A stretch of 64,000 nucleotides of DNA, taken from the NCBI GenBank assembly GCA_900088475.1, contig FLMG01003780.1, positions 1 through 64,000 on the forward strand, in the 5' to 3' direction. A program made the translations under genes and the position numbers. Under the pieces are notes generated by a model. The model was not told the DNA's origin and did not search any database. It worked only from the letters and a program-made list of their open reading frames with translations. The DNA comes from Hyphochytrium catenoides. Its lineage: Eukaryota > Protista > Hyphochytriomycota. This document shows, piece after piece, positions 25,001 through 38,230 of this stretch (position 1 is its first letter; the number at the start of each line of letters is the position of its first letter).

Positions 25001-26339
25001 CTTCCATTCCTGCCAATCCCTGGCCCGCGAATAGACCTTCAGAGGCTCTGTTCTGTTGACCAACTGAGGCTGAGGACCACGCTTTCTTCAGATGAGGCTG
25101 TTGCGACTTCACATGAGAGAGAGACGAGACGACTTTCTTTCTTGTCGTGCACGCCTCACAACGCGGGTTGGCCTTCATCTGCCCAGGTATCTGGAGCAAC
25201 CGCACATCGTGTACCACCAGCTTCCCGCGCTGATGGATCAACTGAGAGCAGTCATGGCAGTACACCAGCCCACAGTCATGGCAGAAAACGGCTGGCCCTG
25301 TCTCCTTGCAGCCTTGACAGATGCGATTGCACTCGGAGTTGTCCAGCTCTGTAGTCACATAGAAGGTCATTAAACGGTTCAGCGGCGACCTCCGTCTCCC
25401 CTTCGCCCCGACTCCTCCTGCTCTGTCTCTTCCCCCTGCTTGAGGAGAGTCTGACTTACAATAGGAGCGGAGGAAGAGGTTGGAGACATTCAGCCTGCTG
25501 ATGAGAGCAGAAGAGCTCTTGCCTTCCTCTCCAATGTATTCCACACAGTTCGCCACTGTCGAAGCAAAACACTCGTCACAGCCTGGCAGTGTCAACGGCA
25601 TGGGCGAGCTGTGGATCGGCCTGAAGTCGTGCACAACGAACTTTCCCTTCTGATGCAGCAGTGTGTTGCAGGCGTTGCAGTAGATCAGTCCACAGTCATA
25701 GCACAGCCGCTCCGCCTGCCTCTTCTCACAAGACTGGCAGATCATCTGGTTGAGCGTGTCACTGAGCTCTGTCAGCACTACCGCGTGCACTGAAGATGGC
25801 TTCTGCGCCTCCGTTGGGGAGACAGAGTGCGCTGGTCGGCTAATGTGATAGTTCTGTACGCGATAGGAAACAGGAGTGTGTCCTCCCCCGCAGCCGTCAG
25901 CAACACGAGCCGGATCTGACACATGGATTGTCTTGATACCCAGTCCGCCGCCTCCGCCGGCTGACGCCTCCGGCAGCAGCGGAGAGTCATCAAAGTCTTC
26001 TAGCGCGTCATCGATATCGTAGGCATCTTCCAGCCCTGCAAAAGGGTCAGAGACGCCGCTTCCAGTCTGAGGACTAGCGATGATGAGCTCTGAGTCACCT
26101 GCGAGGTCGTGCAAACGATAGTCGCGCTGCGGCTCTCTCCCTCCATAACCTGACGGTCCCAGCGAGCTGCTCTTTGGTCGGGAAAGAGGGTTGATGGGTC
26201 CCATGACAGAGCCCATAAGGCAGAGAGACATCATGACGTTATCCTTGCCACGGCCATCCTGGTTCTGTCGCCGATCTTCGGCAGACAGAGGAGCAGTCAG
26301 GCTCTGCTGGAGTGGCGGTGCTGCATCTGTGTCCGGCAT
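22070..26339 (-). CDS. MAP kinase kinase (STE7/MKK family) with two N-terminal B-box zinc fingers; 3 exons
   Basis: Kinase motifs GAGAGG, VAVKVV, HRDIKPSN, DFG, activation loop SEAFATTFTGT..YMAPERI. B-boxes CQSC..CYDC..YCNAC..LHQKGKFVVH and CQGC..CHDC..YCHDC..IHQRGKLVVH. Exons ~26339-24571, 24242-23444, 23179-22070 join in frame (AQR|PVTQ; LEIK|ANGM). Confidence 0.85.
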
Positions 26340-26749
26340 AGTGAGAAGAAGGAAGAGATGGATGGGGAAAGAAGAAGAAGCAGAATGAGGAAACAACGGC
26401 GTGTTATCAAGAGATGGCTATGGCCTTCGATAGGCAGGCTTCATCTCTCCGTGGAGAGACGAGATAAGAGAAGAAGATAATGAAGCCAAGCGATCCAGGG
26501 CGGACGACCCTCTCTCCTCAAAGGCTGAGCCTTTACCTTTACATTCACCAAGAGATCCAGAGAAGAGGACGCTAGAGCACAGTTAGAGAAGGAGTAAGCT
26601 AAAGAGGATAGCAAGGGGATTGGAAAAAGAAGGGAAGCGAGCTCTGTCTCCTTCTTAGAGCGAGCTGATCAAGCTAAGCGTCTCTCACGAAGGGAAGACA
26701 AGATCTTTTCTCCTTCCGCTTCTGCACTTTCTCTCCTTTTGGCTGGCGA

Positions 26750-27122
26750 TCTCTCTCTCTCGCTCTCTTTCTCCTTTCAAAATCGTCCTTGACTTGGCAT
26801 CTCCACCAGGATCATCCAACTTCTAGTCAAGCTTGAGAAAAGAGATATGAAGATCTATGGCTGTATCTCTAGAAATGCTTCTCCCTTTCTCTCTTTCTCT
26901 CTCTCGCGCTGTTTCTCTCTCTCTCTTCGTTCTCTCTCCGCTCCTCCGTCTCACATTGGTCTTATCCTCCTCCGCCCTCCTATCGTCCTTAGCTGATCGA
27001 GTGCTTTGTGAATCTTTTTTATCGAGAGGGAAGGTTGCTCTTCTCTTTTTCCTCTCTTCTCTGCAGTGTTCTGAGCGCAACCCCCAGTCTGTCTGGCGCN
27101 NNNNNNNNNNNNNNNNNNNNNN

Positions 27123-27149
<27 letters not shown>
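26750..27149. repeat. CT/GA-rich microsatellite region with N gap (27100-27122) upstream of the MKK gene
   Basis: (CT)n stretches at 26750-26940 and (GA)n at 27123-27149. Confidence 0.85.
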
Positions 27150-27154
<5 letters not shown>

Positions 27155-30100
27155 AGAAGCTTGTATCCGGGTACGCCTGTATCTCGTTGCTGCTTCTTTG
27201 TCATCTCTCCCTGTCTAAACCTAGTACGCCTAAAGTACCAAAATTCTCTCTGTCTCGAGAGAGCTTGACTCTGTCTGTGGATCTACTTTTGACTTCTCAG
27301 GCGCCTCTGTCCAAGAGGCAGGGCAGGAAGCAAGAGGGAGCATGGAGAGGAAGAGAAGAGAGGACGGCACGCAAAAAATGGATATCAGATCCAAGACCTG
27401 CAAGAAAGAAGGACTAGAGAGATATGGATCCCTGAGACAGAGCAAGACTATTTTACCTTTGTAACCTTTATAAGAGTTGTGAGAGATAGGTCACTCCACG
27501 AGACAGAGAGGGAAGAGTGAGACATGAGAGAAGGAGCTTGGAGAGGCCAGAGTTATTATGCCTGTCTTCCAGCTGTACTCCCTTGTACCTGAACATATCG
27601 AGTGCCAGCCATCTACAAAACCTGTCACTTTACATATATAGTATATTGTAGCCTAGCACACCGCGACGGTTGCCACATTCTCGCAGAACATGTACTCGTA
27701 CTACATTCAATGTACACATCCCGCTTCACTTGTAGGCAGATTCTGATTAGCTACAGCTAGAGATGAGATTATCCTGTATATGAATTTTCCTATAACTAAT
27801 AGTCTGCAGAATGACAAATTGATACTTTAGGGAAACTGTAACGGAACGCAGTGTTCTGTAATATAAGGTACCGGAGGAGGTCTGGGCTCTCACCCTCTTT
27901 ATTCTTCTGCTTGCGAGTACTTCTGCGTGCATGACAGCATCACCATCATCAGCTCCATCATCCTCGGCCTTACTTGTTGAGATTCTATTCTTCTCTCAGG
28001 ATTCCCTCCTCGCCCAGAGCGCCATCCTCTCATCTTCAAAGCCCACCATGTCCCATGTCCGCCTTCTTGTCCAACTCTCCACTGGCTTGTTGGCTTCCCT
28101 TTCATGAGTTTGAGCAGCAGCAGAATGCTACTACACAATTCTGTACGAAGGAGCGACACAAGCTAATGAATGGCAGACCCTACTATTCTTGGACCCATCG
28201 TGGCCTGGTCTTTAGGCCTTTAGGTCTCCTTGGGAGCGATGAGCTCGCTCATTTCCTGCTTTGTACAGCACAGCTGAAGCTGCAGAGCTCCCAGTGATTG
28301 ATGAAGAGAGATTCCCAATAAGCGCCGATACCTGCACTTGCTCAAGGAATGAACTCGCTGTTCTACGGAATGTATGATTGGACACTCGCGGTGAGGCCAA
28401 ACAGGTGAGGCCAAAACAGAAAGGTAAGGAGATGGCGCTCCTTGTCAATCAGCTCCACACTGGCCTCGTCGGCCCTCATCATTCCTTCCCCCTGCTGCTC
28501 GCCAGTTGCTACGCGGCTCCATCAGAAGACTTGGCTGCGGTCGGAATTGGCTGCAGTCATCAATCATCTGTCTGGCTCTGTCTGATGAGTGACGTAGAAG
28601 GCGCCATTGTTCATGGTCCTTGCCTGGGTGAGTGGACAGGAAGCAACCCAAATAGACGACTGGTTGAGACACAGCGAGAAACCTGCCAAAGTTTATAAAA
28701 AGAGGTGTCCGACTGCACTCAAGGTTGTTCGCGACGAAAGCTTTTGAATAGCTAGTACAAGTAGGGTCACTATAGGAAGGGCGAGGCAAAGGAACTCAAA
28801 GTTTCTTGCTTCAACGTTATTTTAAAATCGATCACCACCCAGCAGATTGCCGTCCTCGTCGATAGCTCGCCAAAAGAACAAACCACTTCTACATTCTGCT
28901 ATGGACGGGCCAGCCGGATGCTGTCCCTATGATGGAGCCGGCTCAAGGACAACCCCTGATCGCACGCATCTTGTCTTGGTGCTATGTTTGTCGACCTACT
29001 AAAGCCTGAAACCTGCCGACATAATAGGATTCTTGCTGCTGCTGATGAAGAGAGACACGTCGTCATCATCAGCCTTCGGTTTCTATAGTATTTGTGTAGA
29101 TTGCTATGGAATCGAAATTGCAGCAGCAAAGGCGTTTGGCATCACGACGGTGAAACTCGAGAAGGCTATCAAAGACCTGAACTCTATCTAGTTATGAGGG
29201 CTGTCGCCAGCACACACGAAGCAGAAGCTAGCAACGCATAACAGTGGATTGCGCCGCTAACCTATTATCCATGAGAAGCAAGTGGCCAACAGAAAAAGAA
29301 GTCCTGTGCTCAAGCTGCAGCTAGCCACGCTACTCCTTCATAGAAGATGTAAGCTTGAGAGCAATATTCGAAAGTGCTTGTTGGAAGCGGCGTTGATTGC
29401 CGAGCGTATATCTACGGGCAAGGAAGGGAAGGGCATTGTGACTATGAGGAACTTACCTGGACCGCCTGCTACACTATGGTAGCATGCGGGCTGGGAATAA
29501 AGACAAAGCAGGACAGAAGAAGATGCCAACCTCCTCCGAAAGCCAGGCCCTCCTTCTTTACCCTTCCACGTCCTGCCTTATCTAACCGCAGCAGATTTGA
29601 GGCAAGATGACTGGGCCCAAGTGGTCGCCCACTCACGGGTTTGAGCTTACTATCCACATACATACTGTCGAAGCGTCGGGTTCCAGGAACTATCTTCGAC
29701 TCAATTTCGATTTTTATAAACCTTTGGATGATCCTGAAGGACGATGATGTCCCGAGCAGCAGCGGAACTGAGGTAGGAGGTGGGGTCGGACTTCGCCCCA
29801 GACGGTACTAAAGAGCAGGGGGACCAAGAATCATATCCGGTCCCTGTATGTGATGCACAGAGTGGAGAGGCAAAGAAGAAGAAGATGCAATTCTAGATGT
29901 TAACGAAGGTGGAGAGGAGGAGGCTATTTCCCCTATATCCCCACAGACGGATGAAGCAACGCCAGGCCACGGCTCCGTCCAATTAAGCTGCCCAAGAGAT
30001 ACAGGCAGGATGATGAGAACATCTACTTCGTCGTGTCAACCCTCCTTTCCTCCATTCTTTACCTTCACCCTCAAAACTACAAGGATTGACTTGTCTCATC

Positions 30101-32861
30101 CTCATCATCAAAGTCGTTTTTGTCTTCTTCCAGAGAGCAGGGCAGATCTTAGAGACGCTATTCATAAGAGGTGCCCCCGTTCTCGGTCGTTCTTTCTTCA
30201 GTGACTTAACCCCATTCAGAGAGATCAAGCTCAGCAAGGAAAGGAGAGCAGCAGGACCAGACTAGCTCCCTTGTCTGGAAATCAGCCATGGAAGAGACCT
30301 TTCGTGTCAGTGCTCTTTCGCCTCCAAAGGGCGGTCTTGCATACTCCTCTTGGTCCGGCACAACGTACTACCACTTGCCTTCTTTGGCTCTATCCTCCTT
30401 CATTTCTATTAGTACTCCATCCACCAAGCTCTGGGGCATTTTATCATCATTATCCTGCTCTTCTTCGTCACATCGTCCTGGCAGTCTCACCATATCCTAC
30501 TAGCCTGATTATGAATCTAATATCTTACTACGCTGCTGGCAAAAGATCAGGGAAATGCTTATCCATAGCCTTACCGTGGTAGGAGGAAGAAAGGAGGAGA
30601 AGGTGGAGTACTGATAAGTATGATGCCAGGATGGTGTGACGGGAAGAAGAGAAGGAACGCCTGCCGAGCACGAGCTCCTGGTCAGCACTGCTTAAGCTAA
30701 TAAAGGGCTGGCATTAGGAAGAACGAGATCAGGACCACCAAAGGCATTCTGTGTTATATTATCGCCCACCAACGCGCATTTATTCTCCTCAGCAGCATCC
30801 TGGGTCGGCAACATCAATCGTGATTGTCATTGCCACCAGAAGAAAAACAGTCGCCCCGTTTCAGTCACAACTCTCTAGCTGATCGTCAAAGCCAGAACGA
30901 AGAAGGGGAGAAGTCTCCATCACATCATCACTGTTCGCCGCCGACGTCGCTAGTCTCTTCGCCATCGGTCTTCACCACATCAGCATCCCTGACCGGCGTC
31001 ATTGCTAGGAAGGAGGAGGAGAAGAGACTCTTCTTCCTTCAGCCTTCTTATTAAGTCAATCATCACTATCAATGGCCGTCTTATCATCAACTCCTACGGC
31101 GAGGAGCTCTACGGCGTCGCTCATCTTTATTAAAATCTTCATTTCTGCAGACGTCTTCATCCAAGCTTCAACTGGCCTTTCTGCTGTACTGACGGTGTAG
31201 ACAGGCACATACACATGACACGACTACAACGCCTGGGGATATAATAAAAGTGGGAAGCCCAGATCCCCATTTCGTTGCAATATTTTATATCTGTAGCAAG
31301 GGACTTCAGAATCCGCATGACATTCTTTCGATAAAGTGCTAAGAGTTATCCTTGGACCTCAAAACCTTGAGGTTAATATAAGGAATACAGAAGGGCTAGC
31401 CATGTTATTGTCGTATAATGAGGTGTGATCATCCCACACTTTCTTATGGGCTGTGTGAGACAGGGACAAGACTTCTTCAACCTTCCAGGCCGTTCAACTG
31501 CCTGCCTGGAGGAGACCTGTGTAAAAGGATCGAATTGCCTTTGTCATAGATTTTATACCTTGACTCAGGGTATCAGCGGTCCAGGGGCATCTCTCATGCC
31601 TCTGTCTCCCATTGACCATAGAACAACTCCAACGGTAAGTTTATCTCTTGCACCTCGTACTTTCGATATAATCTTCCACACAAACGTCAATTCCATCATT
31701 TTGGCCTGGTGTAGACCGAACGAACCTAAATAACCTAAGAAACGTCTTGCCTCAGCCCCACAGCCGCAAACAGCACAGGATATTACCAAGGGCCACATAA
31801 CACTGGGATAGTAGTCTCTAACATTCAAGCCTATAAGTCCTTATCCCAGTGCTGTCTGTTGTCTGTCCTCTCCTGCTGCAGTCGATGCTCATCCATAGCG
31901 ACAGATCCACTTGAGGGAGAGTCTGCATGAGGCTCCTACAGGAGAGGGAAAGGCAGAGACAGAGTGACAGTTATCTGAAGTCTTATTAGGGATTCTCAGT
32001 GTGAAAGAGAGAGGCAGAGGAGAGTTAGAGGAAGTGCACATGGTCGGACAGTTAGAGGAAGAAACATGGAAGGCAATCAGGGTCAGAAAACGGTGCCTGT
32101 CCTTGTACTTCCACGAGTAAGACAAGGTAGTGAAAGGAGGAGGGAAATAGGGGATGTGCAGCAAGAGAGAGAGGTAAAAGGAAGAGTTCGAAAGGGAGCG
32201 AGCTTGCTTGAGGAAGAGGAATAAGACGAGATAGAAGCAAGGAAGAAGCATGTTTTTGGATCGTTCTACAAGTGCGAGTGAGTACGGAACGGGATGGATG
32301 AGTGCATGCAACGCTGGCCAGACCCGCACGGCATATTTGAAGGCAAGCCACTCTGCTTGCCCCTTCCCTTCCTTGCTCTTCTTTGCCCTTGCTGACTCCT
32401 CTCTTCACCCCTTCCCGCTTCCCTTCTCTCCCTTCTCTTCCCCACTTCCTGTGATGAGCTGGAGCTATTCCAGACAGTTCCTGGTAGATAAGAGCAAGCT
32501 ACCTAGAGGAGTGAACAAACAGTACCACAATAGAAGACAGAGTGGCTCCAAGAGAAGAGCGGGTTAGGTCCGTGACTCGAGAGTGTGGTTGTGGGACCCC
32601 GCAAAGTAAACGACCGGCTCTGGGGCGAAACACGAAGACACGCTCAAGACAGGCGGAACCAGACAGTCATCAGACAGGCAAACGGGGAGAGGAAGAGAGC
32701 AGATGAGGTCCAGACAGCCACTAAGGAAGCCAAGCAAAGAGACAACCATAATCTCTCTTTCCCGCAAGCAGCTACGACGGCGGCGGACGGTCAACCTCGC
32801 TTCCTCGTTCAATTTGTGGACCTAAGCAGAAAGAAAGGGAAAGAGAGAAGTTTCCGATAAG

Positions 32862-34404
32862 ATGGTAGACGGCGCCCTTGGAAGCTCCTCTTCCGAGCAA
32901 CCTCTGGAAGTAGAGTTCGTTGCTCCTTCTCAGGCAGAGTTTACATCTCAGGCTGCGCCTCCAGAAGAGAGCGGCCTAACTGGGCCAGCCGACATCGTAG
33001 CTATGCAAGACAGAAAGGAAGAGCGTCATGTTACAGAGTCCATCGAGATATCAGAAAAGGACGTTAGAAAGGATGAGGTTAGACAGCTAAGTGGCACTAA
33101 CTGTGTCGGGACACGAGAAGCACTAGATGAATCCGAGACAGAGGTTATGAGAGACAGTCAGTCTGAGAGTCAAGACAGTCAAGAAGTTAGAGGTGGGTTC
33201 GGCGACCGTAAGGAGACAGAGGAGAGCGACAGATGTTCTCTGCCCATACACGCAGCCGATGCTGGCTGCGGTGACGGATTACAGAAAAGCGAGACACCTA
33301 CATTAAAAGTGGGGACCATGTCTTCAACAACGGAGTTTGAACCGCTCCTCTCAGTAGAAGGTAAATTAGCAGCAGAAACAAGAGAAGCACAAGAGAAAGA
33401 GGACACCGAGGCTCTTGAGGTCCTCTGTGCGTCTCCCTACAGAGATGAGGAAGGGGAAGCGGACCAAGACGAGGAGGAAACGGTTCCTTGCACCTGGCGG
33501 TGCTCTCTGCCAAGAAAGCGTAGAAGACACGGAAGAGTTTACCGTGACCCTACCTCGGGAAGTTTCTCAGCTGACTCTGTCCAGGTAGTAGGTAGTTCGT
33601 GGTCTTCCGAGGACGTGAGCGCGAGCAGCGAGCAACAGCCATCGTTCTCGTCCGCTTCATGCCCTCTCTCACGACGACGGAAGAGACTGAGGGCGGGGCG
33701 AGGGACGGCTTTTGGCTATAGAAAGGGCCAAGCAACAACTCTACTCCTCTCTGTCCCGCAGCCAGAACCTGCTGATTACTGTCCAACTCATAAGAGCAGC
33801 GCGGCGGCAGCGCCCACCACCATGACCAGAAGTGAGGGCCGAGGGCTCAGCCTTCCTACTTCTTTATTGTATGCTAAGGTAAGCTTCTAGAACGTTTTAG
33901 AGCCATGGCTAAGACAAGAGGCAGGCAAAGGTAGCACTCGAATTAGACAATGCGGGAACGGAAGGAGTGTGGACAAGTCAAAGGAGGAGAGGGAGACGTT
34001 ATGGGACGACCCTCCTGTTTGTTTAGGTCAAGCTCTCTTAATATATTTGTTCGCTAATCGCCCGCTTCCCCGTAGCCGTCCTTCAAGAAGAAAGCAGCTT
34101 CTTGCGGTCAGTCATTGCCCATGCCAAAGGTCAGTAGACCCATGCCTGTCCACTTCCCATGTCTTCAGAGTCATGCGCTATTTGTAACTAACACCAGGCT
34201 TGCTTCCCTTTATTATCTCAGATTCCTGCGCTTCGTGCTATGGAGCGTGCCAGCTTACTTGGCTATCAGTTGCATGACTCCTACTGCCCCTGGGAGGGCG
34301 AGGAAGAAAATAGACTGGTAGGCTGGAGCTTTCCTTGGTTCCAGCCAGGCGCAGTGGGACTCCTGCCGCTCGCGCCGGGATCGCTGCTGCCAGGACCAGC
34401 TTAA
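32862..34404 (+). CDS. Hypothetical acidic, disordered protein with NLS-like basic clusters; probably 3 exons
   Basis: 342-aa ORF ending at a gtaagc donor (33879). Phase-0 exons 34076-34129 (PSFKKK..PMPK) and 34222-34404 (IPALRAMERASLLGY..GPA*). Basic clusters PRKRRRH and RRRKRLR. No family recognised. Confidence 0.55.
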
Positions 34405-35291
34405 CAGAGATTAGGAGGCCATAGGTTATATTGTAAATATCTGTTAATGTGTAGCACTATCACCCAGCAAGTCCTTAAGCTCGTTCACTCTCATTCTCGA
34501 GACATGTTGCCTTCCTCGCTTCACAACTGCTTGGTCACTCTGTACAAGAGGGACCTCATTCGTCGGAGCTATTGTCAAAAGCAAGCGGTTGCTTAGCCAC
34601 GCATACGTGGTCCTCCACCTCTACCTAATTCTATGCTGTGAAGCTTGAGGCACACTCTCTCTCAGGATAGAGAAGCCACGCTTGCACATTACCAGTGCCT
34701 TCCATTCCAGCTTATAGTTCGTTGTAATGCACACGCCTGATCAAAAACTCTAATGATGCTCGAGACAACCATCCTCTAGCGTGAGAAACTTATCAGGCCC
34801 AAGGTCTCGCGCCATCTTTTGGCTCTGTTCCTTCAGAGCATCAAGACAGACAACAGCCAATGACCCCAACGCTCAGAAGAACTCAATAAAGGTCTGCGCA
34901 AGGACCGTTTACTCTTTAGCCTTTAGATTTCTCGGGGCCTTGTCCAGAGCTTTTCGCAGCCTTTTCAGAGCAAAAAGGTAGACAAGAGGCAGGAGGAGAA
35001 TGAGAGACACACTTTTCAGAGGAACCCCAGGAGTCAAGCATTCACCAGACCTACCCTCAGCGTTGATATGAGGTGAATTCAGGCTTCCTCCTGGATCGCG
35101 TGGGAACTGAATGGTGGGCTATGGCCAAGTATGGGGAATATTGTAGAGACCATCGGGGAAGACGGAGCGAGGATGAAGATTATTGCCCAGAAAGTCAATA
35201 AGTATATGGAGATTCAGCTCGCAACAACGAGCCTGCGCAAGCCTCTGAGTATGCACTCTATGGTATAGAGGGTAAGTGTACCATAGGAAGG

Positions 35292-35937
35292 ATGCAGAGG
35301 GCCGCTGTCATTATCGGAACAACCCTTGGGCGTGTGCCTTCGAGGACAGTTCTCAAGAAGTTTCAGAACCATCCAGCCAACCTTAAGCGCCTTGCTAAAC
35401 TCGGCATTAAGCCTAAGCGAGTGCAAGAAATCGAGTCTATCTCACCTTTAGTGTATAAGCCTACCTACAAGCCTCCTCTGGTGGCATTCAATGGCTGGAG
35501 CCCAGCACCGCCCGCAGAAGTTGCGGCAGAATTGCTTAAGGATGTCCCATTTCGAGTATGTTAGCACTGCTTTAAAACGCTTGGCAAGGCGTGACAAGAA
35601 GCTCATTTGTCTCGCGTGTGATCTCTTATTGCAGGTAGAGCGGACTGGCAATAAGTTCCTTCCTATCTATAGTGACTACAAGAATGGCAACACGCGGGCG
35701 CTGACGATAGTGAGGAAGATCTCTGGAGATCTAAATGTAGGTGTCTGCTTCTCGTGTTCGGAAGTTTCTCTCTTAAGTCATCATTCTAATCTCCCCGCTC
35801 CGTACCGCTAGATATTCAGTAAGGAGCTGTCCAAAGTATGCGAAGGCCGGCCAGTAGTAAAGAAGCATAACCATGTGGAAGTGAAGGGCAATCATAGCGT
35901 TCGAGTTAGAAAATGGTTAGTTGGTTTGGGCTTTTAA
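35292..35937 (+). CDS. MRPL49: Mitochondrial ribosomal protein L49/Img2; 3 exons
   Basis: VPFR|VERTGNKFLPIYSDYKNGNTRALTIVRKISGDLN|IFSKEL...VEVKGNHSVRVRKWLVGLGF*, matching the Img2 signature; basic N-terminal presequence. Confidence 0.9.
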
Positions 35938-38230
35938 GCCTCGCACGTTTACCTGCACATGGCACTTTCGAAGCGTCGTTCCATGCTGGATGGCGATCAA
36001 AGACGGCCCCTACTTACGGAGCTGTAAGTAGACATCTTTGGATTGCTGATCCGTTATCGCATTGGCCGTTACCCTCAGGAACGTGTGATCGCACAGGAAA
36101 AAAGGAGGGAAATGAGGCCAGCACACGCAGGCACTATGTATATTTCGCTATTAATCTGAAGTGCGATGCAGTGGGATCTTCGTCAAAGGCGCTGTGCATC
36201 TCTCTTGAGCCTCTTATGGTGGTCCGCGCCTGCCTCATAAATATTTCTTCACTCTCCTGCTACTCTGTAAGCACGAAGTTCTGAGACTGCTTCCCCCTGT
36301 TAACTGTATGCTGAGGAAGGAGCAGCATCTTTCTACCAAGTCGGCAAAAACTATCACCCTTGCCATAAATACCTATCGTTAGCCTCTCCCGTATAAGAGT
36401 CTTTAATGCCAGCTGGCCCAACCATACCTATACCTAGGAAAACGGCTAATATTCGGCAGTGCGACGCCAGACAAAGCCCCGGATCTAAGGAGCTGCTGGT
36501 GCATAAGTGACCGGATGATAGCCGCCCCCACCCCAAAACCCCAAGTTGAAGCGCAGGCACAAAATGCGACCTACTTTGCGATGATAGGAAGACTGTTGAA
36601 GATGTTGCCGTCCGCTATACGGTATTAGTGTTTTGGGATAGCGAAGGCTAAGCCGGGGCCAGGGTTTCCTAAGACAGCCTCATACTGACGTCTCTCCCAC
36701 ACTGAACGACCCTGCCGGACCGCCGGGGAATAGTTTAGTTAGTGGACAGAACTTATGCATTGTGGATCTCGTCAGCCATAGCATATATCTTCGGCACTAT
36801 GCGCGGCGATTACCAATAAAGAAATTCCGTATCGGCCTCTGCTTAACCAAGCTCTGGTAGGAGAGAAGAGAATACATGGATGGTCTATTAGCAGGAGCAA
36901 GCAGCTTGCCGAAGAGTGATAACTCTTTCCATAGTGACATGCCCTTGGAGTACACTAGAGCCCTAGGGATGTCCGAACACTGCCCTACGAACTCTGTTAG
37001 AGACTGAACCGCGAATCGAAAGGCTTCAAATGGTGGCATTATTACTATGACGTTGAGTTAAAGCGACACATGACACGTGCGCTGCTGCAATAGAAACTAC
37101 ACTCTTTGATAAGCCTGGCCTGCTTGTCGCCGCATCTCGTCGGTCCCAGCACAGACGGCTAATGCCTCGTAGTAGTGTCCGGAACCCCAACCCTATGCGG
37201 TCTTTATTAGTGGGATCAGTTCGGATTCCTCTTTCATTGATCCCTTGTGAACAGTGCAACACCAATCTCTTTCTCTTTATCCTGTGCGTCGACGATAACA
37301 GGAGAGCCTTTGACCTTTGATACCTAGGATGTGAGGAGCACGTTGTAGCTCATAACCCTCAGGTTTTGAGTACGAGAAACAGCACAAGCACGCAACCGAT
37401 TTGTGTGAGCAGTACTCTCCCATGTTTGTCGAAGAGTGCCCAACATTTCAAGTAAAAAGTGTCCGTGATTGACACGAAATCCCCCATGTCCACGAAAATA
37501 AACTCGTCTGTCTCTGTGCATCGACAACACCACGCTGTTTTTAGATTTTAGAATAGGGATAGATCCTTTCCGAATGACAGCATCTTTTTTCACCATATTC
37601 GCCGTGCAGTTTTGTTACTGTACAATGGTACTGCTGGCTCCGAGTTCTATTTTGGTCTATAGAAAATGTGAGACAGAAATAGGTCTAGCCTTACTACAGC
37701 ACCCGCAGTTGTTAGGCATTTCTACACACAGGTGCTCGGTTCAGCCAATCAGCGTTGGCCTTTGGGTTCCTGCCTCTCATCCGATCCGCATCATGGTTGA
37801 CGGAAAGACTACCGAAAAGAGTATTTTTAGCAGGGGCGGTCAAGATTTAGGAATGGTGGGGCCGTTCTTCGCTGGTATGCACCTTCATAAATAGATCCAA
37901 GAGGTTAAAGTCTCGGAAGGTAAGAAAGGTATGCGAAAGAGCGAGGACAGGGAAGAGGCACAGACATAGCATTGGAAATTCAGTTTCCCTCAATTGAAAC
38001 AGAACAGAACCTCAACCTCAGGACTATTACTACTTGTGTTGAACCGATGTTCTGTACGATCCTCATAATCCATAGCCTTATTACTAATCCATTTCAGCCC
38101 GCCTCTGCCCCTTCTGAAAAAACATTCTCATTCTTCAACTTCCAACGCAATCCTGAACCCGCCCAACGCAAAAGCGATTACTGCAGACCTTAGAGAGAGA
38201 CCATCCCGTCAAAACAAGAGATCGACCAGG

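Noticed and set aside
31425-32860. Possible small spliced minus-strand gene
   Set aside because: Splice-like signals are present, but no frame-consistent model or homology could be recognised
36000-37600. LRVMSYNVL (EEP/CCR4-like N-terminal motif) on the minus strand near 37360
   Set aside because: It is followed by a stop within a few codons, and no LQE, GDFN or SDH motifs were found downstream. No gene model can be supported
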